From: Thermoleophilaceae bacterium | GTDB lineage: Bacteria > Actinomycetota > Thermoleophilia > Solirubrobacterales > Thermoleophilaceae | Direction of reading: 5' to 3' | Assembly (NCBI GenBank): GCA_036389835.1 | Contig: DASVWC010000017.1 | Coordinates: 10,877-74,876, forward strand | DNA length: 64,000 nucleotides | In this document: positions 10,222 through 19,892 of the stretch, in pieces | How the letters are laid out: every line of letters starts with the position of its first letter | How positions within the stretch are numbered: position 1 is the first letter of the stretch | Made by a program: the position numbers and the translations under genes | Notes under the pieces: model-generated | Databases searched by the model: none | What the model was told of the DNA's origin: nothing | What the model saw: the letters and a program-made list of their open reading frames with translations, nothing else

Positions 10222-11408
10222 CGCCGCTGCGGCTGACCGTCCTCGCCGACCAGTTCCCCGAGCTCTCGGAGACGTTCGTCGCGTCGGAGCTGCACGCGCT
10301 GCGCGACATGGGGCACGCGCTGACGGTGGAGGCGGCGTGGCACGCGAAGAACCCGCACCCCTCGGCCGCGGAGGGGCTCGAGGTGCGTTACCGCGAGGGC
10401 GAGGGGCGGCGCGCGCGGGCCACCGCCCTGGCGTGGCTGGCCGCCCGGCACCCGCTGCGCGCGCTGCGCGACGTCGTGGACCGAAGCCGCTGGCGCCGCG
10501 AGGAGGGCGTGCGGCCGCTCTGGGAACTCGCCCCGGCCGCGCGGCGGATCGCCCGCCACGGCGCGACGCACCTGCACGCGCACTTCGGCGCGGGCGCGGC
10601 GCTCGACGCGATGCGGATCGGACGGCTGCTGGGGCTCCCCTACAGCTTCGCCACGCACGGCTACGACATCTTCATGCTGCCCGCAAACCTGCGCGAGAAG
10701 CACGAGCGCGCCGCGTTCGCGGTGAGCGACTGCGACTACAGCGTCGAGCACCTGCGCGAGCTGATCGGCGCCGAGGCCGGCGCCCGCCTGCACCGGATCG
10801 TGCTCGGGGTCGACGGCGAGCGCTTCCGCCGCCGCGCGCCGTACCCCGGCGGCGGCACCGTCCTCGCGGTCGGGCGGCTCGTGGAGAAGAAGGGGCTGCG
10901 CTATCTCGTCGAGGCCGCCGCCGAGCTGGGCGCGGACGGCCCGCTCGAGCGAGTGCTGATCGTCGGCGAGGGGCCGCTGCGCGGTGAGCTCGAGGGCCTG
11001 ATCGCCGGAACGGGCGCCCCGGTCGAGCTGCTGGGAGCGCGTGCGCCCGAGGCGGTGCGCGAGCTGCTCGAGGCGGCGGCGCTGCTGGCGATGCCGTGCG
11101 TGGTCGCCGCCGACGGCGACCGCGACACGATGCCCGTGGTGGTGAAGGAGGCGCTCGCGATGGAGGTTCCCGTGGTCGCGACCGACGAGGTGGGCCTGCC
11201 CGAGGTCGTGAAGCCGGGCTGGGGCCGCCTGGTCGCGCCGCGCGACCCGGCCGCACTCGCGGCCGCGCTCCGCGAGCTCCTGGAGCTAGCGCCCGAGCGG
11301 CGCGCGGAGATGGGCCGCGCCGGCCGCGAGTTCGTGCTCGAGCACGCCGAGATCAGGCGGGAGACGGGGCGGCTGGTCGAGCTGATCCGGCGCTGCGGCG
11401 GCGCCTGA
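10218..11408 (+). CDS. Glycosyltransferase family 4 (GT-B)
   Basis: The GTG at 10218 overlaps the previous stop (GTGA). The protein has LRLTVLADQFPELSETFV, GRLVEKKG and MPVVVKEALAMEVPVVAT. Only the last 396 aa of ORF 9141..11408 look protein-like. Confidence 0.85.
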   Translation: MTPLRLTVLADQFPELSETFVASELHALRDMGHALTVEAAWHAKNPHPSAAEGLEVRYREGEGRRARATALAWLAARHPLRALRDVVDRSRWRREEGVRPLWELAPAARRIARHGATHLHAHFGAGAALDAMRIGRLLGLPYSFATHGYDIFMLPANLREKHERAAFAVSDCDYSVEHLRELIGAEAGARLHRIVLGVDGERFRRRAPYPGGGTVLAVGRLVEKKGLRYLVEAAAELGADGPLERVLIVGEGPLRGELEGLIAGTGAPVELLGARAPEAVRELLEAAALLAMPCVVAADGDRDTMPVVVKEALAMEVPVVATDEVGLPEVVKPGWGRLVAPRDPAALAAALRELLELAPERRAEMGRAGREFVLEHAEIRRETGRLVELIRRCGGA

Positions 11409-12678
11409 GCGCGCCGGCGGCGGCGAACGCCGCCGAGCACGCGAAGATCGCGCAGACCGGCTCGAGCGGCTGGCGGTAGCGGGTCCCGCCGTCGGAGGTG
11501 TAGACGACGGACACGGCGAGGGCGGTGACCAGCAGCGGGACGACCAGGGCCCGCCGGCGCCTCGCCAGCCACAGGCCGGCCACGGTGAACGGCAGCATCA
11601 GCGTCCACGAGATGTACGCGAGCGTCGCGATCGTCCGCTCGCGCCCGTCCACCGGCGCCGGCTCGATGACGCGCTCGGGGCGCTGGAGCCCCCAGACCCG
11701 CACCACGCCGTTCCAGAAGAAGGCCTTCGGCACCGACGACGGGTGCTCGCGTATGTAGTCGAATCCCTTCTCGCGCAGGCGCTCGCGGAACTCGCCGTCG
11801 CTCAGCGGCGGTCCGCTGCGGATGTCGTCGATCGACGCGGGCACCGCCCGCCACGCCCACGGGCGCTTCTCGTCGTTCGCCGCGTCGTCGTTGAACGTCC
11901 CGTAGAGCGCCGCGTCCTGGATCGAGATCGGGACGAGGTGGTCCGGGTCCACGGAGTGGTTGCGCAGCGTCCAGGGCACCACGATCAGGACGGCCAGCCC
12001 GACGGCCGCCGCCGAGTGCAGCAGGCCGCGGCGCCAGCCGCCGACCATCGCCCACGTCGCGACCACGGTCGCGAACAGGAACACCGCCGAGGGCCGGATC
12101 AGCAGGCTCACGCCCAGCAGCGCGCCGACGGCGATCACGCGGCCGCGCGACGGCCCGCGCTCGAGCACGACCAGAAGCAGGATCAGCATCAGCGGCGTGG
12201 CCAGCGCCTCCGAGTAGAGGCGCACGTCGAATTGCCACGCGCTGGGGGCGACGGCGACGACGAACGCCGCCGCGAGGCCGACGGGCGGCGCGAAGAGCCT
12301 GCGCCCGAGCAGCCAGGTCAGCCCGACCGGGACGAAGCCCATCAGCGCCTGGATGGCCAGGACGCGGTCGGGGTTCTTGCCGAGCAGCGTGTACCAGACG
12401 CCGACCCAGACGGGATAGCCGGGCGCCTTCTGCATCGACTCGTGCTCGACGCCGAAGGTCTCGGTCCAGAGCCACTTCCCGTCGGCCGCGAAGCTTCCCT
12501 CCTTGTGGTACTCGGGCTCGTCGCCGGCGAGCTGGTGGTCGTCGGTGATCAGCACGTAGGCGAGTCGCAGCGCGACCGCGAGGCCCGCCGCCACCAGCAC
12601 GAGGAGAAGCTCGCGCCGCTCCGGCCGCGGCTCACCGGCGACACGCGCGGCCCGCTCGCTGAGTCCCCCGTCCGCCAT
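11353..12678 (-). CDS. GT-C fold membrane glycosyltransferase (PMT_2/ArnT-like, GT39/83-type)
   Basis: 441 aa with about 9-10 TM helices. The first loop has DDHQLAGDEPEYH and KAPGYPVWV. It is a paralog of 14661..15935. Confidence 0.8.
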   Translation of the reverse strand: MADGGLSERAARVAGEPRPERRELLLVLVAAGLAVALRLAYVLITDDHQLAGDEPEYHKEGSFAADGKWLWTETFGVEHESMQKAPGYPVWVGVWYTLLGKNPDRVLAIQALMGFVPVGLTWLLGRRLFAPPVGLAAAFVVAVAPSAWQFDVRLYSEALATPLMLILLLVVLERGPSRGRVIAVGALLGVSLLIRPSAVFLFATVVATWAMVGGWRRGLLHSAAAVGLAVLIVVPWTLRNHSVDPDHLVPISIQDAALYGTFNDDAANDEKRPWAWRAVPASIDDIRSGPPLSDGEFRERLREKGFDYIREHPSSVPKAFFWNGVVRVWGLQRPERVIEPAPVDGRERTIATLAYISWTLMLPFTVAGLWLARRRRALVVPLLVTALAVSVVYTSDGGTRYRQPLEPVCAIFACSAAFAAAGALRRRRSAGSARPAAPSPA

Positions 12679-12751
12679 GCCGGCGGCAATGTACGGGACC
12701 GCCCGCTCGTGCTGCGGCGATCGGCGTCGTGCGTCAAGGTACCGCCGCGCA

Positions 12752-14698
12752 GTGGCCGTAGTCGCCTATCACGTCCTCTTCGCCGTCGCGGCCGGGTCGC
12801 TGCTGGCCGCGGCGCTGCGGCTGGCCTCCACGATCGCCGAGCGCGGCGCGGAGCGGTTCCTCGCCGCGGCCGTCTTCGCGGCCGCGGCCGCTGTCGCCGA
12901 GGCGCTCGTCCTCGGGCTCGCTCGCCTCGGCGACGAGCCGGCGGCCCTCACGGCCGCCGCCGTCGCGACCTGGCTCCTCGCGTGGCGGCTGCTTCCGGCG
13001 CCCACCGTGCGGCCAGCGAGCGAGTTGCCCGAGTGGCTCGCCGGCAGATCGCGCGCCGAGTGGCTGGCGATCGCGGGGGGGGTGGGTCTCGGCGCCGCCT
13101 GGCTCGCGTGGTGGCTCCTGCGGCCCGCGGTCGGCGCCGACAGCGTCCAGTACCACCTTCCCGAGGTCCTGACCTGGATCCACGAGGGCGACACCGGCGC
13201 CGTGCACGACCTGCATCCGCTCTACCCGATCGGCAATTACCCGGTCACGAACGAGGTGCTGGTCGCATGGTCACTCGGGATCGCGCGCAGCTTCGCGCCG
13301 CTGCCGTTCCTGAGCATCGGGACGATGCTGTTGCTCGTCGTCGGCGGCCTCTCCGGGCTGCGTGCCCTCGGGGTGGGCCGGCTCCCAGCCGCGCTGGCGG
13401 TGGCCGCGGTCGCGGCCTCGCCGCTCGCGGTCGCCCAGACGATCGGCCCCAACACCGACCTCCCCGCCCTGGCCTGGCTCGTGTGCTGCGCGAGCCTGGT
13501 CGCCTCGTCGCGCGCCAACCGCCCGCTGCTCGCGCCCGCGGTCGTGGCGGCCGGGCTGGCACTGGGCACCAAGACGACCCCGGCGCTCTTCGTGCTCGTC
13601 GTGCTCGGCCTGGGCGCGTGGGCCGCGCGCGGCGACCGGCGGCTGCGGGTGCCGGTCGCTCTGGCGACGCTCGCAGCCGTCGCGGTCGGCGGGACCTGGT
13701 ACCTACGCAACCTGCTCGACCACGGCTCGCCGCTGTGGCCGTTCGCCTCGGGGCCGTGGGGCGACGCCGCGCCGTCGTTCGTCGACGAGACCGCGAGGAC
13801 CGGGCTCGCCGAGCGCCCGCGCGCGACCCTCGACGGACAGCTCGGCGCGTACGAGGACTTCCTCGCCGGCGCGCTCGTAATGGTCCCGGCCGCGCTCGCC
13901 GCAGCGCTGGTCGCACGCGTCCGGCCGGTCCTCGCGGCCGCCGCGGCAACCGCCGCCGGGCTCGCGCTGTGGACGATGGCCCCGTTCACCGGGATCCCCG
14001 CGGACGTACCGGACCAGTGGGTGCCCGCGCTGACCGGCCTCGCCGTGAACGCGAGCCGCTACCTGCTCCCGGTGATCGCCGCGTCGGCGCTGACCGTCGC
14101 GCTCGCGTCTAGGTGCGGCGGCGCTGCGCTCCGCGCCGCCCTCGCCGTACTCGGCGTCGCGCTGCTCTGGGACCTGGTCCGGGTCGCGGACGCGTCGAAC
14201 GCGGCGGCGCCGCCGGCGCCCGCGCTGCTGGCGGGGGCCGCCGCCGGAGTGCTCGCGGGAGCCGCCGTCGCGCCGCGGCTCGTCGCGCGGGCGATCCCGG
14301 GCTGGTCGGGGCCGGCGGCGCTGGTCGTGCTCGTCACCGTCCTGTCGGTTGCCGCGCCCGGCTTCATGGACCGGCACGCGCGGGTCGACCTGGGGTTCAC
14401 GCCCGGCTACGAGGGCCTGCTCACCGCGCTCGGCGACCGAGCCGGCTTCGACGACGACGAGCGGCCGGTCGCGTTCGCGCCGATCGTGCTCGGCACGCTG
14501 AGCGGCGACCGGCTGCGCCATCCGGTCGAGCTCATCCCGGCCGACGAGCCGTGCGAGCGCACGCGGGAACGGACCCGGACGCAGTGGGTGGTCGTCTACG
14601 ACGGGTACTTCTTCGAGCCCTACAACGCGCGCGGCTGCTTCGCGGGCGTCGCGCCGGCCCTCAGCTCGGGGGCGCTGAGGGTGTACGGCGGCGGCTGA
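12752..14698 (+). CDS. Large polytopic membrane protein, GT-C-like (function unknown)
   Basis: About 648 aa with more than 10 hydrophobic segments and a soluble C-terminal domain (WVVVYDGYFFEPYNARGCF). The start is uncertain. The ATG at 12677 would overlap the divergent gene start, so the GTG at 12752 is preferred. Confidence 0.6.
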   Translation: MAVVAYHVLFAVAAGSLLAAALRLASTIAERGAERFLAAAVFAAAAAVAEALVLGLARLGDEPAALTAAAVATWLLAWRLLPAPTVRPASELPEWLAGRSRAEWLAIAGGVGLGAAWLAWWLLRPAVGADSVQYHLPEVLTWIHEGDTGAVHDLHPLYPIGNYPVTNEVLVAWSLGIARSFAPLPFLSIGTMLLLVVGGLSGLRALGVGRLPAALAVAAVAASPLAVAQTIGPNTDLPALAWLVCCASLVASSRANRPLLAPAVVAAGLALGTKTTPALFVLVVLGLGAWAARGDRRLRVPVALATLAAVAVGGTWYLRNLLDHGSPLWPFASGPWGDAAPSFVDETARTGLAERPRATLDGQLGAYEDFLAGALVMVPAALAAALVARVRPVLAAAAATAAGLALWTMAPFTGIPADVPDQWVPALTGLAVNASRYLLPVIAASALTVALASRCGGAALRAALAVLGVALLWDLVRVADASNAAAPPAPALLAGAAAGVLAGAAVAPRLVARAIPGWSGPAALVVLVTVLSVAAPGFMDRHARVDLGFTPGYEGLLTALGDRAGFDDDERPVAFAPIVLGTLSGDRLRHPVELIPADEPCERTRERTRTQWVVVYDGYFFEPYNARGCFAGVAPALSSGALRVYGGG

Positions 14699-15935
14699 CC
14701 TCGCCGCCGCGAACGCGGTCGATCAGCGCGACGGCCCCGAGTGCCGCGAGCATCACGACGAACGGGTCGACCGGCGCGCGGAAGCGAAGGTAGCCGACGA
14801 CGAACACCGTGGCGACCATCGACAGGGGCACGAGCCAGACCCACCACGGGGCGCGGCGTGCCGCCGCGGTCGCCGCGCCGCCGATCGCGAGCGCGGCGAG
14901 CAGCCAGAACGTGACCAGCTCGACGACGGCGAGCTTCGCGGTCGCGGTGATGCCGAGCTCGGAGCGAATCCAGTCGACGCCCGCGGCGTCGAAGTCGCGG
15001 CGGAGGTTCCACCAGGCGACCTTCACCACGTAGCCCGGGTGCTCGCGGGCGTAGTCGATCGCGTGCGAGCGCAGCGCGTCGCTCCACTCGGGCTCGGCGT
15101 TCTCCATGCCGCGGAGCGCCTCGAGGTTCTCCGGGACGTCGAACCACACGACCCACGCGGCCGGCCAGCGCTCCTGGTCGCGGGCCATGTCGTTGTAGGT
15201 GCCCGCCAGCGTGAACCCGTCCTGGGTGCTCACGGGAACGAAGGCATCCACCGCCGCGGCGTTGCGGATCGTCCACGGCGCGATCGTGAGCAGGGCGGCG
15301 GCGGCGGCGAGCGCCGCGGGCGCGTACCGTCGGGCCGTGCGGCGCTCCCCCCGCGGCGGGAGCGCTGCGATCACGAGCGGGACGAGCATGAGGAGGGCGT
15401 TCTGGCGAGTGAGCGTCGCCAGGCCGGCGAGCACCCCCGCGAGCACGATCCACCTCAGCCGCGGGTCACGCAACCGGTAGTGGAGCGCCGCCGCGACGGC
15501 GCCGAGCACGAGGGGCGTCAGCAGCACCTCGGAGAGCAGGGCGTTGCCGATCATCCACATCGACGGGTAGACCGCCGCGAGGGCCAGCGCCGCGAGCCCC
15601 ACGCGTCGACCGAAGAGCTGCCGCGCCACGAGGCTGGTCAGCGCCACCGTCAGCGTGCCGAGCAGGGCCTGGGCGACCCGCGCGACGTCCACCGAGTGCC
15701 CCGGGGTGACCGTGTAGACCGCGGCGAGGAAGACCGGGTAGCCCGGCGGGCGGTAGGCGGTCTCTCCCTTGAAGGCGGGGGTCGGCGGCGGGTAGCGCCC
15801 TTCGTCGGAGAGCGCGACCGCGTGGCGCTGGTAGTCGCCCGGGTCGGCGTACAGCTTGTAGTCAGGCGTGGTGGCGATCACGGCCAGGCGGACCACAAGC
15901 GCCAGCACGAGCAGCGCCAGGACCGCCTTCCTCAC
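14661..15935 (-). CDS. GT-C fold membrane glycosyltransferase (PMT_2/ArnT-like)
   Basis: The GTG at 15935 overlaps the wzx-type stop (GTGA). The 424-aa protein has YADPGDYQRHA and YRPPGYPVFLAAVY, and is multi-TM. The upstream part of ORF 14661..17093 is junk. Confidence 0.8.
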   Translation of the reverse strand: MRKAVLALLVLALVVRLAVIATTPDYKLYADPGDYQRHAVALSDEGRYPPPTPAFKGETAYRPPGYPVFLAAVYTVTPGHSVDVARVAQALLGTLTVALTSLVARQLFGRRVGLAALALAAVYPSMWMIGNALLSEVLLTPLVLGAVAAALHYRLRDPRLRWIVLAGVLAGLATLTRQNALLMLVPLVIAALPPRGERRTARRYAPAALAAAAALLTIAPWTIRNAAAVDAFVPVSTQDGFTLAGTYNDMARDQERWPAAWVVWFDVPENLEALRGMENAEPEWSDALRSHAIDYAREHPGYVVKVAWWNLRRDFDAAGVDWIRSELGITATAKLAVVELVTFWLLAALAIGGAATAAARRAPWWVWLVPLSMVATVFVVGYLRFRAPVDPFVVMLAALGAVALIDRVRGGEVSRRRTPSAPPS

Positions 15936-17431
15936 GCGGGGACGACCTCCGGCGTGGGCCGCCCGCGCACGTAGTTCCAGATCTCGCGCATGAGGCGGCG
16001 CTCGATCAGCAGGGTGAAGGCGATGGTCGCGATCGAGTACAGCGCCAGCTCGGCGATCGCGCGCGCGAGCGTTCGGTCGCCGGGGATCAGTCTCACCAGC
16101 AGTGCGAGCGCCGCGGCCGGGACACTCGGGAGGACCGCCCGCCCGAGGTGTCGCAGCATCTTGAAGCCCTCGAACAACCGCCGCAGGTAGTACGCCCTGG
16201 TCGCGAGGCTGATCGCCGTCATCGCTCCGAACCCCAGCGGGAAGCCGGTGAGCCCGAGCCAGACGATCAGCGGGACGCAGATGACCAGGAAGCCGACCAG
16301 GTTGACCACCGCCGTGATGAAGATCGGGCGTGTGTCGTTCACCGCCCGGAAGAACAGCGACCAGTTCCACGCCACCTGCCGGAACGCGGCGATCATCCCG
16401 TACGCGGCGAGCAGCCCGACCGCGACCCGCCAGCGCTCGCCGAGCACGAATGTGACCAGGTCGTCGGCGAACAGCGCGAGGCCGACGCCGAATGGCATGC
16501 CCCAGATCAGCGACAGGCGATTCGACTTGACGAAAGCCTCGAAGAGCTTGTCCCGCTGTTCCGCGACACGGCAGACGGCCGGGTAGATCGTCTGGCTGAT
16601 GATGTTGTCGACGCGGTCCGCGAAAGCCGCCACGCCGGTGGCCAAGCCGACCGCGCCGAGGCCCGCGACCCCGACCACCCGGTTGCCGACCAGCAGCGTC
16701 CCCTGCACGACGAGCAGGTTGCTCATGCCGTACCCGACCAGCGGCCAGGAGAAGCTCACGTATGAGCGCATCGTCGCGCTGTCGTACCGGTAGCGAACCG
16801 GGTACGGGCCGACCGCGAGCGCGACGGCCGCCGCCGCCGCCGCGCCGACGAGCGTGCCGAGCACGAGCGCCCAGTAGCCGAACCCACTCGCCGCGAGAGC
16901 GAAGATCACGATCGTCCCGAGGATCGGGTCGACCGCGCTGATGGCCCGCTGGCGGACGAAGTCCATGCGGCGGTAGAAGGTCCACAGCGGAGCCTGGAAC
17001 GCCGTCATCAGGACGCTGAGCCCCAGCACGATTCCCGGCGCGATGATCTCCTCCTGGCCGTAGGCGATCGCGTAGAGGGGCAGCGCGACGCACACGAACG
17101 CGACGAACGCCAGTGAGACGAGCAGCTCGAGCGTGAACGCCCGCTGGAATGCGAGCTCCTGGTCGTCCTCGCGCTGCTGGATGTACTTGTCGGCGATGCC
17201 GACCTGCTTCAGCCAGGAGAGCGTGATGAGCGTGGTGACCAGGATGGTCCAGATGCCGAACTCGGCGCGTGTGAGGAAGGCCGCGACCAGCGTGCGCTGG
17301 AGCAGCCCGAGGCCGGCAAGGCCGACGTTGAAGCCGGTGTTGATGATCGTTCCGCGCGCGGTGTGCTCGCGGAGCGTCCGGCCTCCGAGTGGCACGTCGT
17401 CGCGATTCGTCCGATCGGTGCTCGTGCTCAT
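15932..17431 (-). CDS. MOP-superfamily polysaccharide flippase (Wzx-type)
   Basis: 499 aa with about 12-14 TM helices. Typical polysaccharide_synt N- and C-terminal regions are present (LLQRTLVAAFLTRAEFGIW). Confidence 0.85.
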   Translation of the reverse strand: MSTSTDRTNRDDVPLGGRTLREHTARGTIINTGFNVGLAGLGLLQRTLVAAFLTRAEFGIWTILVTTLITLSWLKQVGIADKYIQQREDDQELAFQRAFTLELLVSLAFVAFVCVALPLYAIAYGQEEIIAPGIVLGLSVLMTAFQAPLWTFYRRMDFVRQRAISAVDPILGTIVIFALAASGFGYWALVLGTLVGAAAAAAVALAVGPYPVRYRYDSATMRSYVSFSWPLVGYGMSNLLVVQGTLLVGNRVVGVAGLGAVGLATGVAAFADRVDNIISQTIYPAVCRVAEQRDKLFEAFVKSNRLSLIWGMPFGVGLALFADDLVTFVLGERWRVAVGLLAAYGMIAAFRQVAWNWSLFFRAVNDTRPIFITAVVNLVGFLVICVPLIVWLGLTGFPLGFGAMTAISLATRAYYLRRLFEGFKMLRHLGRAVLPSVPAAALALLVRLIPGDRTLARAIAELALYSIATIAFTLLIERRLMREIWNYVRGRPTPEVVPA

Positions 17432-17450
17432 CCCGAGGTAAAGGTGCCGG

Positions 17451-18410
17451 TCAGGCGACGATCGTACGCCGACTGACGCTCCCGTACAGCAGCGCTGCCG
17501 CGCCGGCGGCGTCGGCGATCACCTCCACCGCTGCCACCAGCGGAGCGCGGCGGCGGTACGGCAGCGCGCGCCGGGCGACCTGGCGCGCATACGGCACCGC
17601 CGCCGCGAGCGGAAGCGGCGAGTGCGTCAGCCGGGCGGCCGCGACCCCGGCGAGCGCGGCGTCGAACGCGGCCGTGCGCCGGGTGAGGAACCAGCGCGCA
17701 AAGAGGAACTGCCCGCGCAGCTCGGGGATGCGCTCGACCATGGCCGGGAAGTGACGCCGGCGGAGGTTCTCCGCCACATACGCGCGCGCGCCGCGCGGCA
17801 GGACGGCGTGCTCGACGACCGCCGCGGCGCAGAACGCCGTCCGCGCCCCACCCCGCCGCGCGCGCCACCCGAGCCACGTGTCCTCGCTGAGCGGCCGGCC
17901 GCGATCGTGGATCCAGGCCTCGAACCCGCCGAGGCGCTCGAACAGCTCGCGCCGCAGGAAGACGTTCGCGGTCTCGTAGAGCCCGGTCTCCCGCTCGACG
18001 GTGAGGCTGCGCTCGAACGGCCCGCACTCCACCCCCGGCTCGGGCCGGACGGCGCCCACGATCAGGTCGGCGTCCGCGAGGCAGCGGAGCCCGGCCGCCA
18101 GCCAGTCGGGCGCGGGGAAGCAGTCGGCGTCCGTGAACGCCAGCACCGCGCCGCGGGCCTCGGCCGCGCCGCGATTGCGGGCGGCCGCGGCACCGCCCGG
18201 CGAGGGCTGCTCCACAAGGCGCACCGGCCCGCCGGCGGACGCGACGACGGCCGCCGTGCCGTCGCTCGAGCCGTCGTCGACCACGACCACCTCGTAGGGC
18301 TGGTCGAGCCGCTGCCGGGCGAGCGAGTCGAGGGTCCGCCCGATCGTCGCCTCGGCGTCGTGCGCCGGGACGACCACCGTGACCGCCGGAGATCGCGAGT
18401 CGGGCGGCAC
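17451..18410 (-). CDS. Glycosyltransferase family 2
   Basis: 319 aa with VTVVVPAHDAE, VVVVDDGSSDGT and a FTDADC DxD motif. Confidence 0.85.
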   Translation of the reverse strand: MPPDSRSPAVTVVVPAHDAEATIGRTLDSLARQRLDQPYEVVVVDDGSSDGTAAVVASAGGPVRLVEQPSPGGAAAARNRGAAEARGAVLAFTDADCFPAPDWLAAGLRCLADADLIVGAVRPEPGVECGPFERSLTVERETGLYETANVFLRRELFERLGGFEAWIHDRGRPLSEDTWLGWRARRGGARTAFCAAAVVEHAVLPRGARAYVAENLRRRHFPAMVERIPELRGQFLFARWFLTRRTAAFDAALAGVAAARLTHSPLPLAAAVPYARQVARRALPYRRRAPLVAAVEVIADAAGAAALLYGSVSRRTIVA

Positions 18411-18414
18411 GCGG

Positions 18415-19836
18415 CTACATGTAGCCGAGCAGCTTCATGCGCTCCTCGAGATCGCGGACCTCGTCCGCGTCGGGAGCGGGGGCGGTGGCGGCGACCGCGT
18501 CGACGTCGAACGTGGCCGTGGCGGCCGGGTGCTCGAGCGCGGCGCGCAGCCGGGCGAAGTCGTCGGGCCGCGCGCGCTCCAGGTCGGCTCCGGGCGGCTG
18601 GGGGGCCGTCTCGCCCGGATCCGCCTCCAGGTCGTAGAGGCGTTCGGCCGCACCCACGCGCAGCAGCTTGCGGCGGCCATCAGTCGCGCTGGTGAGCGGT
18701 GTCGTCAGGACCGACAGGCCCTCGCCCCACCCCCACTTCTCGGCGGTCGCGCGGAGCTCGTGCTCGGGCCCGGCGACAGCGGGATCGCACTGGGACACCG
18801 CCACGCCCGCGGGCAGGTCGTCCTCGCGCCAGGGACCGTCGACGCCCGTGGCCTCCGCCACGAGGCGCGGCAGGGCGGCGAGGCTGAGCACCGAGTCCGC
18901 GGGCGGCGCGCCGGGCCCAGCCGTCACGAACGGCACGGAGATCAACCGCTCGTCGAGCGACATCATGTGAGCGAGCCGGCCGTCCTCGCCGAGGTTCTCG
19001 CCGTGGTCGGAGAGGACGATCACCAGGGTGTCGTCGAGCACGCCGGCCCCGTCCATCGCCTCGAGCAGAGACGCGAGCCAGTCGTCCAGATAGCTCACCG
19101 AGCGCGCGTACAGGTGGCGCATCCGCTCGAGCGCGCCCTCCGGGACCCTCAGCTTCCCCACGGCGGCGTCCCAGATCCCGTCGAGCTTCATGTAGGCGCG
19201 GTTGTCGTTCGCCGCGCGGATGCGCTCGCGCAGCGGCAGGTCGTTGTAGGGGCGCGGCGGCAGGTAGGGCGAGTGGCACTCCACGAGGTTCACGAACCAG
19301 AAGAACGGGCCGGCCGGCTCGCGCAGCCAGCTCCTCATGACCTCCCCCGCCTCGCGCGCGCCGTCGTCGACGCGGGCCCGCGCCGCCTCGAGGAGCCAGC
19401 GCGCGTGGCTGCGCCGGTCGCGCCTGTGCAGGTTCGCCTGGCGCCCCGAGTTGATCGACACGAAGTCCTCGAACCCGGTGTCGAAGCCGGTCTCGCGCCC
19501 GACCCAGGTGTTCGCGCTCACCGCGCGCGTGGAGTACCCGGCCCGCCGTAGCACCTCGGGGAGGACCCGGTCCCGGTGCGACTCGAGGATCGGGCGTACG
19601 GCGTGCGGCCCGCCCTCGCGCACATCCGCGAGCCCGGCGGCGCGCGGCAGCAGGCCCGTGAACATCGCCGCGTGCGAGGGCAGCGTCCAGCACCCCGCCG
19701 CGTACACATGAGGCAGCGCGGCGCCCCGGCGCGCGAGGTCCATGATCGCCGGCGTGGAGGCGCTCGGCGCGCCGTACGGCTCGAGGGCGTCCCGCCGCGC
19801 CGCATCGAGCACCACGCAGAGGACATTGGGCCGCAT
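18415..19836 (-). CDS. Alkaline-phosphatase-superfamily enzyme (sulfatase/NPP-like, Thr-type nucleophile motif)
   Basis: 473 aa with VVLDAARRD, GCWTLPSHAAMFTGLLP and VIVLSDHGENLGEDG. The formylglycine motif C/S-x-P-x-R is absent. Confidence 0.8.
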   Translation of the reverse strand: MRPNVLCVVLDAARRDALEPYGAPSASTPAIMDLARRGAALPHVYAAGCWTLPSHAAMFTGLLPRAAGLADVREGGPHAVRPILESHRDRVLPEVLRRAGYSTRAVSANTWVGRETGFDTGFEDFVSINSGRQANLHRRDRRSHARWLLEAARARVDDGAREAGEVMRSWLREPAGPFFWFVNLVECHSPYLPPRPYNDLPLRERIRAANDNRAYMKLDGIWDAAVGKLRVPEGALERMRHLYARSVSYLDDWLASLLEAMDGAGVLDDTLVIVLSDHGENLGEDGRLAHMMSLDERLISVPFVTAGPGAPPADSVLSLAALPRLVAEATGVDGPWREDDLPAGVAVSQCDPAVAGPEHELRATAEKWGWGEGLSVLTTPLTSATDGRRKLLRVGAAERLYDLEADPGETAPQPPGADLERARPDDFARLRAALEHPAATATFDVDAVAATAPAPDADEVRDLEERMKLLGYM

Positions 19837-19892
19837 GCCCGTCCAGTCTATGGCGGGCTCAGACTGCGAAGTGTCGGTTAGGCTGCTCGGCC

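Noticed and set aside
12677-12751. ATG at 12677 as the start of the large membrane protein
   Set aside because: It would overlap the start codon of the divergent gene (12678, minus) by 2 nt and leave no promoter space. The first 25 residues are also Arg/Cys-rich. The GTG at 12752 is preferred but unproven.
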